A stretch of 63,236 nt of DNA, the filler included, from Asterionella formosa (Eukaryota), in NCBI GenBank assembly GCA_002256025.1. It is 12 parts of 11 records of this genome, joined end to end, with 100 filler letters (N's around TTAATTAATTAA, not from the genome) between each part and the next. Parts side by side here need not be neighbours in the genome. Positions count along the whole stretch, not along the records: positions 1 to 1,516 come from NKIB01002112.1; positions 1,617 to 3,132 come from NKIB01002113.1; positions 3,233 to 4,748 come from NKIB01002114.1; positions 4,849 to 13,895 come from NKIB01002115.1; 8 more parts are not named here. One strand, given 5' to 3'. The stretch's first letter is position 1; each line of letters begins with the position of its first letter. Positions 1 through 11,980 of the stretch are shown here, piece by piece. The translations under genes and the position numbers were made by a program. The notes under the pieces were generated by a model, which saw only the letters and a program-made list of their open reading frames with translations, did not search any database and was not told the origin of the DNA.

Positions 1-429
1 GAGACATGCAATGCTCAACGATGCTCAACAAGTACCAACGGTGCTTTATTTCCAATCTGGCAGGCTATTGTAATCTCTACAATCAACAATGACTTAATTA
101 TGTGTCTACAACATCAACTACTACTACTACGTGTGCTGAATTCTACAGTGTGAATCTTCCTCTTGCATGTGTTATTCTTTGCCAGTTCAGATCAAAGAAA
201 TATGTCGGAGCGGAAAAAATAATAAGTGAATCGGAATTGGCGACTCTTTCGTTCATTATATGGTGAAAGCAGCATAATATTGCGGCAGAGCAGCATAATT
301 TCGCTTTTAAACTGTTGCGATGGCTAGTTGGTCAACATATATTGTCACGAACACACATAATTATTGGTGTGATCACATAATTATTCGATAAGTGAAATAA
401 ATTTTTGTTTAACCCGAATAAATTAGGGA

Positions 430-561
430 AAAAGTAGCATAATATTTCAAAAAAGTAACATAATATTTTAGAAAAGTAACATAATATTTTAAAAAAGTAG
501 CATAAATACGTCACTTTACACATAAATTCGAAAAAGTGCCGTAAACGGCGTCTTAGATGTG
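430..561. mobile_element. Right end of a CACTA/EnSpm-like DNA transposon with four ~21-bp subterminal tandem repeats
   Basis: Four units of AAAAGTA(A/G)CATAATATTT at ~430-507. The terminus GCGTCTTAGATGTG (548-561; reverse complement CACATCTAAGACGC) recurs identically at 61922-61935, and it cuts off the adjacent gag-like ORF. Confidence 0.5.
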
Positions 562-1145
562 TCTGCTTGATAGACACTTCCGTGATGTGGTGTATCCCTG
601 ATGATCACACTCATGTCATTGTCATCAGTTTCAATATATCCTTGTTCTTCTCTTATGAGGTAAAGAAAAGGGACATTGTTGCAATTGCGGCGTTTAGCCA
701 TATAAGCAATGAGCTCTCGTTTTCGCTTACGCCAATCTTGTGGTTTGCCAAGCCATGGTTCAGGTTCTTTAATATCACGGACATTGTTTCTTTGTGATGC
801 GTCAATGGTGCGTTTTTGGCCATTTCCAACCTGTTCAAGCATTTTTGTTAGTTCTTCATTTGTAAAATAGTTTGAAGAAACATTTCCGAAACCTTCATTT
901 GCCTGTTGTTCTCTGATCCACATCTTAAATGCCATCAGTCGCATTTTCTTTCCAGCTGTAGGACGATTATTAGCTTGGAAACATAACATAAGAGTCTCGT
1001 CATCAACATATGAGAGCTCGGATGACATTGAAATGTCTTGCATGATCAAACGATCTGCTTGTGCTTCATTTAATTGCACCACGTGGATCAGTGCATTTTT
1101 AAAATGTTCTCTTTCGCCTGGGCGATCGTCGTTTTGTTCGGCCAT
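562..1145 (-). pseudogene. Truncated gag-like ORF of a diatom Ty1/copia (CoDi-like) retrotransposon
   Basis: The translation contains KEPEPWLGKPQDWRKRKRELIAYMAKRRNCNNVPFLYLIRE, resembling the P-x-F...W...L..YL...G.VPL.Y.IR block of diatom copia Gag. The 3' part is replaced by the transposon end at 561. Confidence 0.5.
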
Positions 1146-1615
1146 GCCGACTTTATATATGTTCTTTGATGAGTGGAATCTATCCAACAACACCAGCACA
1201 CAATCCCTCTTCCGGTGGGATTTTATGTCACAATGACAAAATGTGTGAACGATGACACCCTGTGTCTTACGGTCCCTTTGACCTGTCACTCCAAAGTTGG
1301 ATGATCTGCTGTTTAGACAGTGAGATACTGTGACTGTTTGTTATGCTTGTCACCGGCGCAACTTCCGGCACTTGTTGCTCACAATGGCGCAATCGCAGTT
1401 GCTATCGTCCGATTCTTCTCAAACCTCTTCTTCCCTCTTTCGAGTGCGATGGGTCTGATAAACTGTTCCGATCTCAACAAACACACTAACGATTGAAGAG
1501 GCTCATGAGGAATACANNNNNNNNNNNNNNNNNNNNNNNNNNNNNNNNNNNNNNNNNNNNTTAATTAATTAANNNNNNNNNNNNNNNNNNNNNNNNNNNN
1601 NNNNNNNNNNNNNNN

Positions 1616-2080
1616 NGAGCTGTGGGAGTGGGAGGAAGGGCCGGAAAGGGCAGACCAGGCAGAGGCATGGTCAGAAAGGTGTAGATAGGATGCCGGGGAA
1701 GCCGAAGGCAGAGCCCGGGGTGAAATATGGGGTGGTGGGTAGGGACTCATAGAATACGGGGCTGAATAGCGAAGAGGAGGCGCAGACGTGCGGGGGTCCA
1801 TAGCGAACTCGGATGATGAGGGCGGGACAAAATGCGGAAGTTGAGCATTAGTGGAGAACTGGTGATGGCAGGTAGGGTTAGGGTTCTGGTTAGGGTTCTG
1901 GTTAGGGTTCTGGTTAGGGTTCTGGTTAGGGTTAGGGTTAGGGTTAAGCGGTGCCACCAAAAGTTCACCATGGGGATGGGGAAATAATGCACCAGCATTG
2001 TGTTGTTGCCATGCAGCCAATTCGCCACTGAATGCAGCTGCATCAGTGTCATTGGCATCATGAGGCGATGGAGATCGCAT
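1616..2080 (-). CDS. Partial Pro/Ser-rich low-complexity ORF running into a gap (possibly the N-terminus of a retroelement protein)
   Basis: ATG at 2080; GC-rich open frame up to the N-gap; contains a PNPNPNQ repeat; no recognisable domain. Confidence 0.3.
1872..1946 (+). repeat. Interstitial TTAGGG-containing array: (GGTTAGGGTTCT)n followed by (TTAGGG)3
   Basis: Directly visible: four 12-bp units followed by pure TTAGGG units. Confidence 0.9.
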
Positions 2081-2713
2081 GATGGAGGGAAGTCTGGTAA
2101 GGGATCAGTAACCTGTGTGTGTTGAGAGGGAGAAACGCTTGCAACGGATGCCAGCGGCAGCTACATTAACAAGGAACTGAGATTCTAAAGTAGTATTTAA
2201 CTAGCTGTAGAGGGACCAGTACTCACGGGAATTAAGCACTTACAGGAATCTTGGTAGGATATACGGAGTAACCGGTATATGGTACCAACAGATATCATGC
2301 ATGTACTGTCAATCCGAGTCCTACGATGGTACAAAATTGAGCGCTGTTTCTACATGTTTTTGGGGAGAAAAGTCTCCCCAAAAAGCCGCTGCTGACGGGG
2401 CCGCAGAAAACATACGTGTTAAAAGCTAAAGGGGAATAAACGTCAGCGCAGAAAAAAGGGGAGAATTTCTCCCCAAAAATGTACAAGGATCTCCTACATT
2501 CTCCCCATTTTTCCACGCTTCTGCCTGCCAGCACTCACTGATGCTGCCTGGTGGTGGGTGGTTGTAACTAGTACTTTGTACCAGGTACATACCAGCTACT
2601 CTTGGTACCGGTACCCTGGTACCAGTACCAAGGAATGCGGAACCGAGACAGGAGTACCATGTTCCAGGTAGCAGCTACTCCTGGTACTGGTACCGTTGTA
2701 GGAGTACCAGGTA

Positions 2714-2808
2714 CCTGCAAGTTGCGGTCATTTTGCTGAAAGTAACATTTGAATCTTGGATAAAGAAAGCTAAACTTTTAGATTCAGCAAGTTACCGCAA
2801 CTTGCTGG
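2714..2808. mobile_element. 95-bp MITE with ~25-bp TIRs and TA target-site duplication (Tc1/mariner-type)
   Basis: TA|CCTGCAAGTTGCGGTCATTTTGCTG ... CAGCAAGTTACCGCAACTTGCTGG|TA. A second copy lies at 15395-15496. Confidence 0.8.
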
Positions 2809-3959
2809 TACCAAGTAACTTCTGAAATGACCGGTGATATGTATGTGGACATGTACAGCAGAGTAGACCACTGTACCTGGTAGCAGGTCGGTACCAGGTA
2901 CACAATTATAAACTATGAGACTTACCACCACTGTACCAGGTACCTGGTACCTTCGGAATACATTGAGCACAAGCAAATGTCGTCTAATTTGCGTAGTTTT
3001 AGGTTATTATTATGGGTACCAGCATATTTTCTATTGGCCATCAGTGTGTCTCCTATAATTCATCCATTTCTAAACATCAGATTTGCACGCGACCATGTCG
3101 GGTGCAAAACGACGAGATACGCGAGGCAGCCANNNNNNNNNNNNNNNNNNNNNNNNNNNNNNNNNNNNNNNNNNNNTTAATTAATTAANNNNNNNNNNNN
3201 NNNNNNNNNNNNNNNNNNNNNNNNNNNNNNNNTTTTTTTTTTGCTGTTCCAAGGCGCCAGGAGAAAACCTATCCGGCCGCTTTGCCCGCCTGCCCCATCG
3301 ATGTGGGGTGCTTGGGGGGCATCATGGGAGGATTCGAACTCCTCCCACCAGTTCATGTGTTCAGGAATGTTTTTGAGGCACCCCGTCATCCAATCATGTC
3401 CCAGTGTCCGGTGAGGCACCCCGCCCCTCTCACCTGGGCGAGGTAGTGTGAGACTTTCACTCACTAAAAACCTGTGTGCAGCCCCAGTCTTGACCAGTAC
3501 GCGGTCTGCCCTACCCGTCGGGGCGTTGGCCCGTGGATGTTGTCCACTGGTTGTTAATGGAGTACCGGTAGCACCTTCGACAAAAAGCTATGTAGCGATG
3601 TACCGGTACTCGTTTAGACTGGGTACCAGTACCAGGTACCTAGTACATAAAGTCGTCGCTATGTAGTCCAGCAGTAGTAAACTAGCACCTTCGACAAAGC
3701 TCAGTATGTATACTGCCTTGTATAGAGTGACCTCTAATAGTTTTGTCATGAAATGAAATCCCTTGTTGTACCTCCCCAGTTTTCTAGTAATATGCATGTT
3801 AACATGCAAACCATGAAACTACTAGTAGATAAAATAGTTAATAACAATTGAGGTACTAAACAAGCAAAGTAAATACTAAAGACACTGCAAATTTTAAAAT
3901 TTCAATGAATTTATCTAAACACACAGTAGTGAATGCCCACCAGTGCAACAATCTTCTAT

Positions 3960-4215
3960 AAGATGCATGAGTATGTATGTCACTGTTTGGTCTTGGCCAT
4001 ATGGCTCATAAATTCGGTCTATTGCTGTGTTTGCAGGAGTATCACCAGCAGAAACTAGCATTGCAACAGTCTCCCACAGAATTTTACACCAGCAGTAAAT
4101 AAATTTCAGTCTACTCCTTTCGACCCTTGTAAATAGCCTTGCTGGCTTTTGTCCTCCAATCCCAACTTCCCATTCCTGTCAAAGAACAACTAGCATCTTT
4201 GGTGTCTTAGCTACT
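3960..4215 (-). pseudogene. GCR1_C-like C-terminal domain remnant of a CryptonF-like element
   Basis: Manual minus-strand translation gives KTPKMLVVL*QEWEVGIGGQKPARLFTRVERSRLKFIYCWCKILWETVAMLVSAGDTPANTAIDRIYEPYG. This matches the LWxEW..GIGG.K.A..FT and AIDRIY..YG pattern; the conserved Trp has become a stop. Confidence 0.65.
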
Positions 4216-4848
4216 GCTATTGTACTAGACTGGATCAACAGCCATTTTACTTTCCAAATCGATTTATTTTGGGTTAAAGTACTGAAAGACTATTTAGGTT
4301 TAAGCAAATGATGGAATCTAATTTAATCAAGACAACGTTAAGCAATATTTTTCTTAAATGCTTGTAGACAAGCATGCCCAGTCCTTAATTCATATGTAGA
4401 TGACTACATGTGTCACTACAGAAGGAAAGAGATTTACCAGCATTAGTCTACTGGTACTATGTCAACACTATGCTGGTAATAACAGTGGATCACTATGTGT
4501 AGCATTATTTCATAATGATGTTCTGTACTCCTCCTGTAAGCACTCACATGTATGCTGCATGAAGGGGCTGTCAAACATTAACTATAGGTTATTACTAGTA
4601 GTAGTTTTGACAGCATACTTTACATTTGTCAGCTTTCACCACTATACAACTTGCCAATTCGTAATCAATCAATTCTCAGTAGATAAATAGCTTATTTAAC
4701 ATCTGTTGCTCCAATTATTCATGTTATCGACGTAGTCATAGTCTTATTNNNNNNNNNNNNNNNNNNNNNNNNNNNNNNNNNNNNNNNNNNNNTTAATTAA
4801 TTAANNNNNNNNNNNNNNNNNNNNNNNNNNNNNNNNNNNNNNNNNNNN

Positions 4849-6259
4849 GCTACTGAAGAAATGCGGCTTTGAACCAACACGAACCTTGTTAGGCATGATT
4901 CTGAGATAGGTAGGCCAGTTTTTGCACTCTAGATGCCGGCGTTGGTCCTTTGGAGTCAATGTAGGAACCCCAATGATGAACTAGCCACAATATCAAATGC
5001 TTTCCTCCTACAATGAAAATCTGACACTTCCTGATGTAGCAAGAACCCTTTTTCATGTGCAGCCAAATCTAACCTCCTCATGAGACGCGTGAATTTCTCT
5101 AGCCTTCGCCTCCCATCTGTCAAAAAATCAACATCCATGGGCTTCAAAAACTTCAAGGCACACTGCCCTGACACTGTCTCCTTTGTGTGCCATAGTTTTT
5201 ATGCAACAAGGAGGCCGCATTTCGGGAATTCCCAGTTGGAAGGCACCCGTCTCAAGTTTCCCTTGTAAATCCAAATTTTGTGTTCACCCACATCAATTCG
5301 GTATGATCTGTACCATTGCCAGTAGCTGACCATGGCATATTGTTTGCTGTTGTTGGCAAACTTTGATCTAGCTCCTCAACAAACGTTTTTCGACTTTCTT
5401 CCAAAATGGACTTCATTCTAGTCTCTGATAATGTCACAACCATGGTACGGTCATCCAACATTTTTTCGACACCTTCTAACACTCCTAGCTGTATTTCTGA
5501 AAAAATGGTTTTGATCAGCTCAATTGCAGCAAGCTGGACAACATGGTGCGGAACTCCAGTCAGCTTCATAACACGCTTGTTCCTCTGTGCAATGCTATCA
5601 TTTTCCCAAGGATACACTACTCTGACAGAATCCCGCAATTCAATAAATTCTTGTTTCCTGAAAATAGGTGACATTGCAAGCGGTGAATTGGTGTGGAATT
5701 CATTTGCAACATCAAAATGGTGAAGCATTGATGGTATTCCAAACCGTAGTGTCTTTCTGATGCACAATAAATCCTGTAGTTCTCCAAAGCATGCTTTCAA
5801 CATGGTAGAAACCTTTTGATTCAACTCCATCTGTTTTCTTCACAATAGCCACTGCCTCGGGAACACCAACAGTACCATGAAAAAAGAAATCCAGTGCAGA
5901 AGCGCCAAACTTATCAGATAGTATATTCATACCACTCAAAATTCGAACTACATACTGGTCATCAGCACGCTCATACAGCATATAAACATCACGTACACCT
6001 TCCAAAGTCCACCCACCACGGTTATTGACTGATACACTTGAAGGAGCTGCAGTTATACCACTAGAAGCATATGTAGCTGCCCCTTTCCAAGTGGAATGTA
6101 CACCTATGTCATTATGTTCGTAGCCAAGTTCAAGTAGCTCATCCTTGTGCTTTTCTAGCACACGTACTAGGATAGTCCCAAATCGTTCCTCTTGCTTGGA
6201 ACCTGGGAATGGTATACCATTCCCATCCTGAAAGAGTTGTGGGAAGCACAACAGGTACT
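4849..6259 (-). pseudogene. Crypton (CryptonS-like) tyrosine recombinase, frameshifted and 5'-truncated
   Basis: DIGVHSTWKGAATYASSG...RGGWTLEGVRDVYMLYERADDQYVVRILSGM matches the Crypton HS(I)RKG..GW..V.D.Y..GDQYVGR motif. It continues through shifted frames (LTGVPHHV; RVPSNWEFP). The 5' part is replaced by a transposon end at 6260. Confidence 0.8.
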
Positions 6260-7717
6260 CTCGTCTGCAAATAAAAAGTATCATGCATATAGGATCAAGG
6301 GTATCGCACACTAAGTGGCAAAGGATTTTCGTATCTATGATAATTTTTGGATCAAAACTATGATCAAGGTATCCTATAACTATGATGATTTATTAATATT
6401 TTACGGACCTTGAAGTATAATGATAATAAGAACATTATTATCATCACACAATGTATATCAACTGATCAACAACATTTCTCATCAATATCATAAACCTTCT
6501 CATATTATTTTCACTTCTCGTGATCGCCCGATGTATATTACTACTACAACGCATCCTAAAATCAGCTCAACTCTATGCTATCATGTGAATTGTTTCATTG
6601 TAAATCTATCTTAGACATGATCATATTCTAATCACAGGCGGTATTCAAAAAGGATTGGAATGGATCGTAATTTAATTAGCAAATTTAAAAATGATATTTC
6701 TGTTTTGACAGCTACCCGATGAGTGTTTCTCTCCTCTACACTAGTCTCAATGTATATTCCTGTCTCGCCCTTTTCTTCNNNNNNNNNNNNNNNNNNNNNN
6801 NNNNNNNNNNNNNNNNNNNNNNNNNNNNNNNNNNNNNNNNNNNNNNNNNNNNNNNNNNNNNNNNNNNNNNNNNNNNNNNNNNNNNNNNNNNNNNNNNNNN
6901 NNNNNNNNNNNNNNNNNNNNNNNNNNTTTGTCTGCCTTACTAATATTGCGTCTATCTCCCTGCTGTTAGTGTGATTCTGAAATCGCCAGCTATTCCGTTG
7001 TTTGATCGGTTTTATTGTCCTATGCAGTTGTTACAGGCAGTAACAATGAGAAGGAATGATTTGTTAGCTACTCATGTTACATTGACACAACATCACGCCA
7101 TTCCATCGTATCCTCTTGCTTGCTTACCTTAACACAGCCAAATCAAAGCAAGTGATGTATAAGTCTGTAACATTAAATTGTCAGTAAATTCTTGAATAAG
7201 TAAGTTTCAGGTTTCCAATGTTGAGAAATAAAACTTACCGATTCATTTTCATTAGCTTAACTTTGAGAGAAGGTAAAGTGGCGTATCCGTCAGATATGTT
7301 CCATCAGAAGTGAATAAGCCCAACGACAAGAGCACTTACCAATTTTGTTTTGTTTTACATTGGTGCTCCCCAACAAGCGAAACGAGCTGTTGAATCAGCT
7401 GAGAAAAAAGAAAATGTGCGTTTAGTTTACAATTTGTTGTTGTCCTGCCTCCCAATGATTGTCATCCAAGTACCACGCACATTGATGGCTTCATTACCTT
7501 AAACATACTCCATCCTTCAAAGGCGCAATGTGTTTTGTTATTGCGTTAATTTTCTTTTCTTGTCATGTGCTTTATTACGATATTTCTTTTTATGAAGCAG
7601 GCATTGTTTGTTAACATGACAGAACGATTTCAAATAAATGAAATAATTGAGTAAACTTTATAGTACGCTATTGTTATACAGAGTACCAGTAGCAGGTAGG
7701 AAGTGATATACTGGGGG

Positions 7718-8067
7718 TAGTCAGAGTAGTAAGCGAGCAAGAACAGAACACCATATGTTCATGATTGTTGCTACTGCAGTGGGACAGAAAATCATCATAG
7801 TTTTAGGATTGTATGATCATAAAATTGAAAAAGGATAGTCGGAGTAGTAAGCAAGCAACAGAGCACCATATGTTCATGACTGCTGCTACTGCAGCGGGAC
7901 AAAAAAGCATCATAGTTTCAGGATCGTATCATCATAAAAATGAAAAAGGATATTTGGAGTAGTAAGCGAGCAACAGAGCACCATATGTTCATGACTGTTG
8001 CTACTGCAGCGGGACAGTAAATCATCATAGTTTCATGATTGTATAATCGCAAAATTGAAAACAAGAT
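7718..8067 (+). repeat. Three tandem ~115-bp units inside transposon copy 1
   Basis: Units begin TAGTC(A/G)GAGTAGTAAGCGAGCAACAG at ~7718, 7836 and 7951. Confidence 0.9.
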
Positions 8068-8264
8068 ATGATATTACTCAAACTCGGTTATGATTTTGTA
8101 TATGATAATGTAAATAGCACTGTTGGTCTTATGGTATCATATCTAGACAGCGTAAAAAATTATATGTAGTGGCTGATGATTCATTTCATTGTAGCTAGCA
8201 ACACCTGATTTTAAGATCATCAAACTTTAACGAAGACAACGACAACAGTTATCTAGTATTAGAA

Positions 8265-10165
8265 TGTCTTCATAAAACCATAAAGAGGTTCATGGAAACA
8301 AGCGACATGTGGAAAATACTGTCGGTATGGAACAAAGAAGCAAGTACAAAAATGAGTTAACAAAGAAAAAGCGAATAGGCGATTATCCAAAGGAACCCAA
8401 TTGGCGACAGGGAGCTAGTGGGGGTACTACCCCATCGTTGATGGGGACACCATCAGCTACTAGTACAAAGGATCCCATAATTGATACTGACAGCGATGAT
8501 GACGTTTCTACTTCAGTTATTGATACAAGAAAAATGGCTCCTGTCGATGATACCATTAATAACTCCCGGATGCAGATGGATGACATGGTACCATATCATA
8601 AATTTTCTAATCGCACGGACCAACAAGTACATGACAAACTGTGGGAAAAAAATTTTGCACTTGCCAAAGGATATTATCAATTGGTCAATGAACTCAATCA
8701 CTACAAAGTTGCGTTGTAATTCGGTTCAAAACTCGTCCATACGAGGTTATCAAGAATCTTCAATTTCAGCAGCCTTATCAGAACGTCGTTCCCGCTTAGC
8801 TAAAATTGAACCAAACCATCAATTGTAACAAAGGTTGTGAGTTTTATTTTCAAGACCAAGAAGTTTTGCTGTGAACATGTAAGCTTGAGGTTATAGTTCG
8901 CGAATTGCAGGTACTGTAAAAAAGAATATCAATCTAATGTGCTTTTTTCTGGTCCCAAAAGAGAATCAAACATCCCGCCCTGCCAATCTGGTCCAAGTAG
9001 TATGAAAGGCATTTCCAATCACAAACAGGATTGGATTGCCCAATGTTGACCTGCCTAACTCGGCTATACACAGTGAAACCGGAGTTAGGCAAAGAATTGG
9101 AGATTGACCCAGAGCATGCCGATTTCATATGGAATGGTTCTGATGCACTACTTTTGATGAATAAAACCATTGAACATACCAACAAGGCATGTTTAGATAA
9201 TATTAAATCAACATGTGGTAGCATGTGGCTGCATTAAAAAGTTGAGAGAATGTCAGAATGTATTGAAAAATCAATTTGTAGGAATCTTAGGTAAGTTCTT
9301 GCAGGGAGATGCTCCGAAAGCATGATGTTTTGAGTCGGCGATTATATTCTTATCAAATATGTCAGAATTTAAAAATGCTAACATAATTCATGACACACCA
9401 GCTGGTTTAACAGGATATAACTTTCAGACTATGGATATTGATGACTCTATTAAGTGGGCGTTCACGCTTTATTGTTTTGCGCAGTCAAAGGACATTGACA
9501 GGGGAAGCCAAGGATACCAAGTCTGGCGTGATGTTCTTGCTCCAGTGTATTTTATAGGCAGGACAAGCCGTGGAGAACCATTTCTAACAGGAGACAAATC
9601 TGGTGTGACTAAATTTCAACTCAGCATTCAGGCACAGTGTGAATTGCAATCACGTTTTGTTGGTTCGCTGATCAATGCCAGTACAGAAGCCTTTTGCTTC
9701 TTGGTGCTGCTGAAAGGAAAATTCCGATTGCAACAAAACTATTCGGGTTCAATCCAGATCCGCAGGAAATTTCAGAGAAGCAACAATATTCGTCATTCTA
9801 CTGATTTTGTCGACATTGGTGGGAACCACTTATCAAAAAAAGTGTGAGGGAAGAAAGTTCAGTTTCAAATGGTCTCACTGATCAACGGACTGATGATTTA
9901 CTCGTTTATTATAAGGAAATCTACACTGGACTTTCACAAAAGAGCGAATCGATCTGAATACGGAAGGAATCCTAGTGGAATTGCCACTTCCACAACAAAT
10001 ATCATCTACCCACACTCATTCTTCTCATTTCCCAACGTAAGTGATGAGGATTTGCATCAATATGTTGAATCACTTCAACCAAATGCTCCTGAGAAGAATA
10101 TTGATTACAATGACCGCATTAACCAACGGGACATTGATGACAACATTGATTTTGAATGGAACTAA
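8265..10165 (+). pseudogene. Accessory (TnpA-like) gene of the Plavaka-like element, copy 1, fragmented
   Basis: A run of + strand ORF pieces is conserved in copy 2. It includes INASTEAFCFLVL, resembling the S.EAF..LV.EN motif of EnSpm-type accessory proteins. Exon structure not resolved. Confidence 0.45.
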
Positions 10166-10452
10166 TAGAATACAATGCATACTTAGTAGTTACATAATAT
10201 ATATAGTTAGTGTGAGACTTCTACAATGCACAAACCATATCATAGATGTTAGGAAAACATTGATGCTGCTCTATACTACTAGTAGTGGCGCCTGTACTCT
10301 ATGTAGCGGTATACCTCCATTTTTACTACTATGGTGGAGTGATAATTTCACGACTCTGTATTGTCCAGCACAGCATGTTCGGAGTTATTCCAAATTCATC
10401 ATTATTAATTCATTTTCATTCTATCCTGTTCATATCCTGACTTGGTTATCAT

Positions 10453-11980
10453 TTGAGATTTGCAATGTCTTTGCGGACATTGCAATGGTGCTATCTGTGT
10501 AACTACAAATTTCGGAAGAACAAATCCCCATCTGAGTCTGACAATCGAAATTGTAGCAACCGTGTTTTCTATGCATATGGTCACCATCGACATTGCATGA
10601 AAGAACATCGAGTTCCTGGAATACATAATGAAACTATGTATTGCGGTAGTGCATGGAATCATTCAAGGAAAGAAGTTAATGTCAGTGTTACTGCTGCAGC
10701 ATTTAGGGAGAGTCCTTGAATCAAGTGGCCACAATCAGCATCCATTTCATGACGACAGCGACGATTCAGTTTATAACAATATTCAGTCACAACAAGACAA
10801 ACAATTGAGACTAAAAACTCTCCAAGGATTGAATTCAGAGACCATGCAATATTCAGATTTCCAAGATCACACCGGCTTTCTCCCTGAAAATGCAATGGAA
10901 ATGCCCCTTCCTCCTCAATTTCAACTTCCAAGAAAAAATTCTCTAAACATGCATCCAGTGGAATTAGCACTCATGTTATTCGTTAACGAGAATTACCTTC
11001 CATCAGTTTACTTTGATCATCTAATGAAATGGCTGTTCAAGGCAAAAGCAATGAAATATTTTGATGGAAGGTATCAAGCTCCATCCTACCAGACTTTGAA
11101 AAAACGCATGGATATTTCATTTCCGCCAACATTAGCTGGTGGTCAACTGATGGCCAAACAAATACAAATTGATAACAATTCAAACATGATCATCCCACGC
11201 ACAGTCCATTATTTCGAACCAGTACAGCTCATGGCAGGATTGCTACGTGATTCCGATATCATGCAACATTTTGTATGTCACCCACAAGTGAAACTTACAT
11301 CTTGTGAAGAACGCATGCGTATATGACAAAGTATCTTCCGGGACTTGGTTTGAAAATGCATTCAACAATTCTCCTGCATCAGAAAATGGAGTGTTGAAGG
11401 CAAGACTGGGTGTTTATTTGTTGCCCTAGCAGTTTTCAGTGATGGTGAGGGCTCACCTATTGATAAACAAATGAAACATTCCGAGCATCCGTTTTGTTGA
11501 CAATGTTAAACTTAACATTAGAAGGAAGGAAAAAAGTTGATGGATGGCAATTGGTATCTCTTTTGTCAGACCCCTACATTGAAGTCAGCGATCTGGAGAA
11601 ACAAATGATTAATAAGTTATCTGGTGACGACTTGTCCTTATGTAGACTCAATTTATACCATTCTGTTACAGGATTTCTATTGTCGCCTTTCGAAGATTCA
11701 AACAAGTCATACGATATTTGGATTCATGGTCTTGGTATGACAAAAGTTTATTTCCAGATTGGAATGATCACTGGTGATACAGAAGAGCACAACAAAATTT
11801 GTGGTTTCAGGGGTGGTAATGGATTATATCGACGATATGTTTGTCGTGATTGCCTGGTTTCAACCGAAGATGCTGATAATCCCGATATTGGATGTGAACG
11901 TCGTAAAGTGTCAGATGTTAAAAAGTTTTTAAACAAATTTCTTAACAAAAATGCATATCCCGATGGAAAATTACCATGTA
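10453..11980 (+). pseudogene. Plavaka/EnSpm-like transposase, copy 1 (frameshifts, C-terminal deletion)
   Basis: N-terminal Cys/His cluster followed by LAVFSDG, HP.LLTMLNL...R...W.LVSLL.DP, LYH...LL.PF and GDTEEHNKICG...CRDC.....ADNP..C motifs. Confidence 0.8.

Noticed and set aside
1517..1615. Recurrent N-run + TTAATTAATTAA + N-run (also near 3177, 4793, 13940, 28609, 30224, 31839, 33454, 35072, 36687 and 61667)
   Set aside because: Artificial contig spacer with stops in all six frames. It is not biological, and adjacency across it is uncertain.
7718..8067. Regular repeats suggestive of a CRISPR array
   Set aside because: Whole 115-bp units repeat with no unique spacers, the context is eukaryotic and no cas genes are present.
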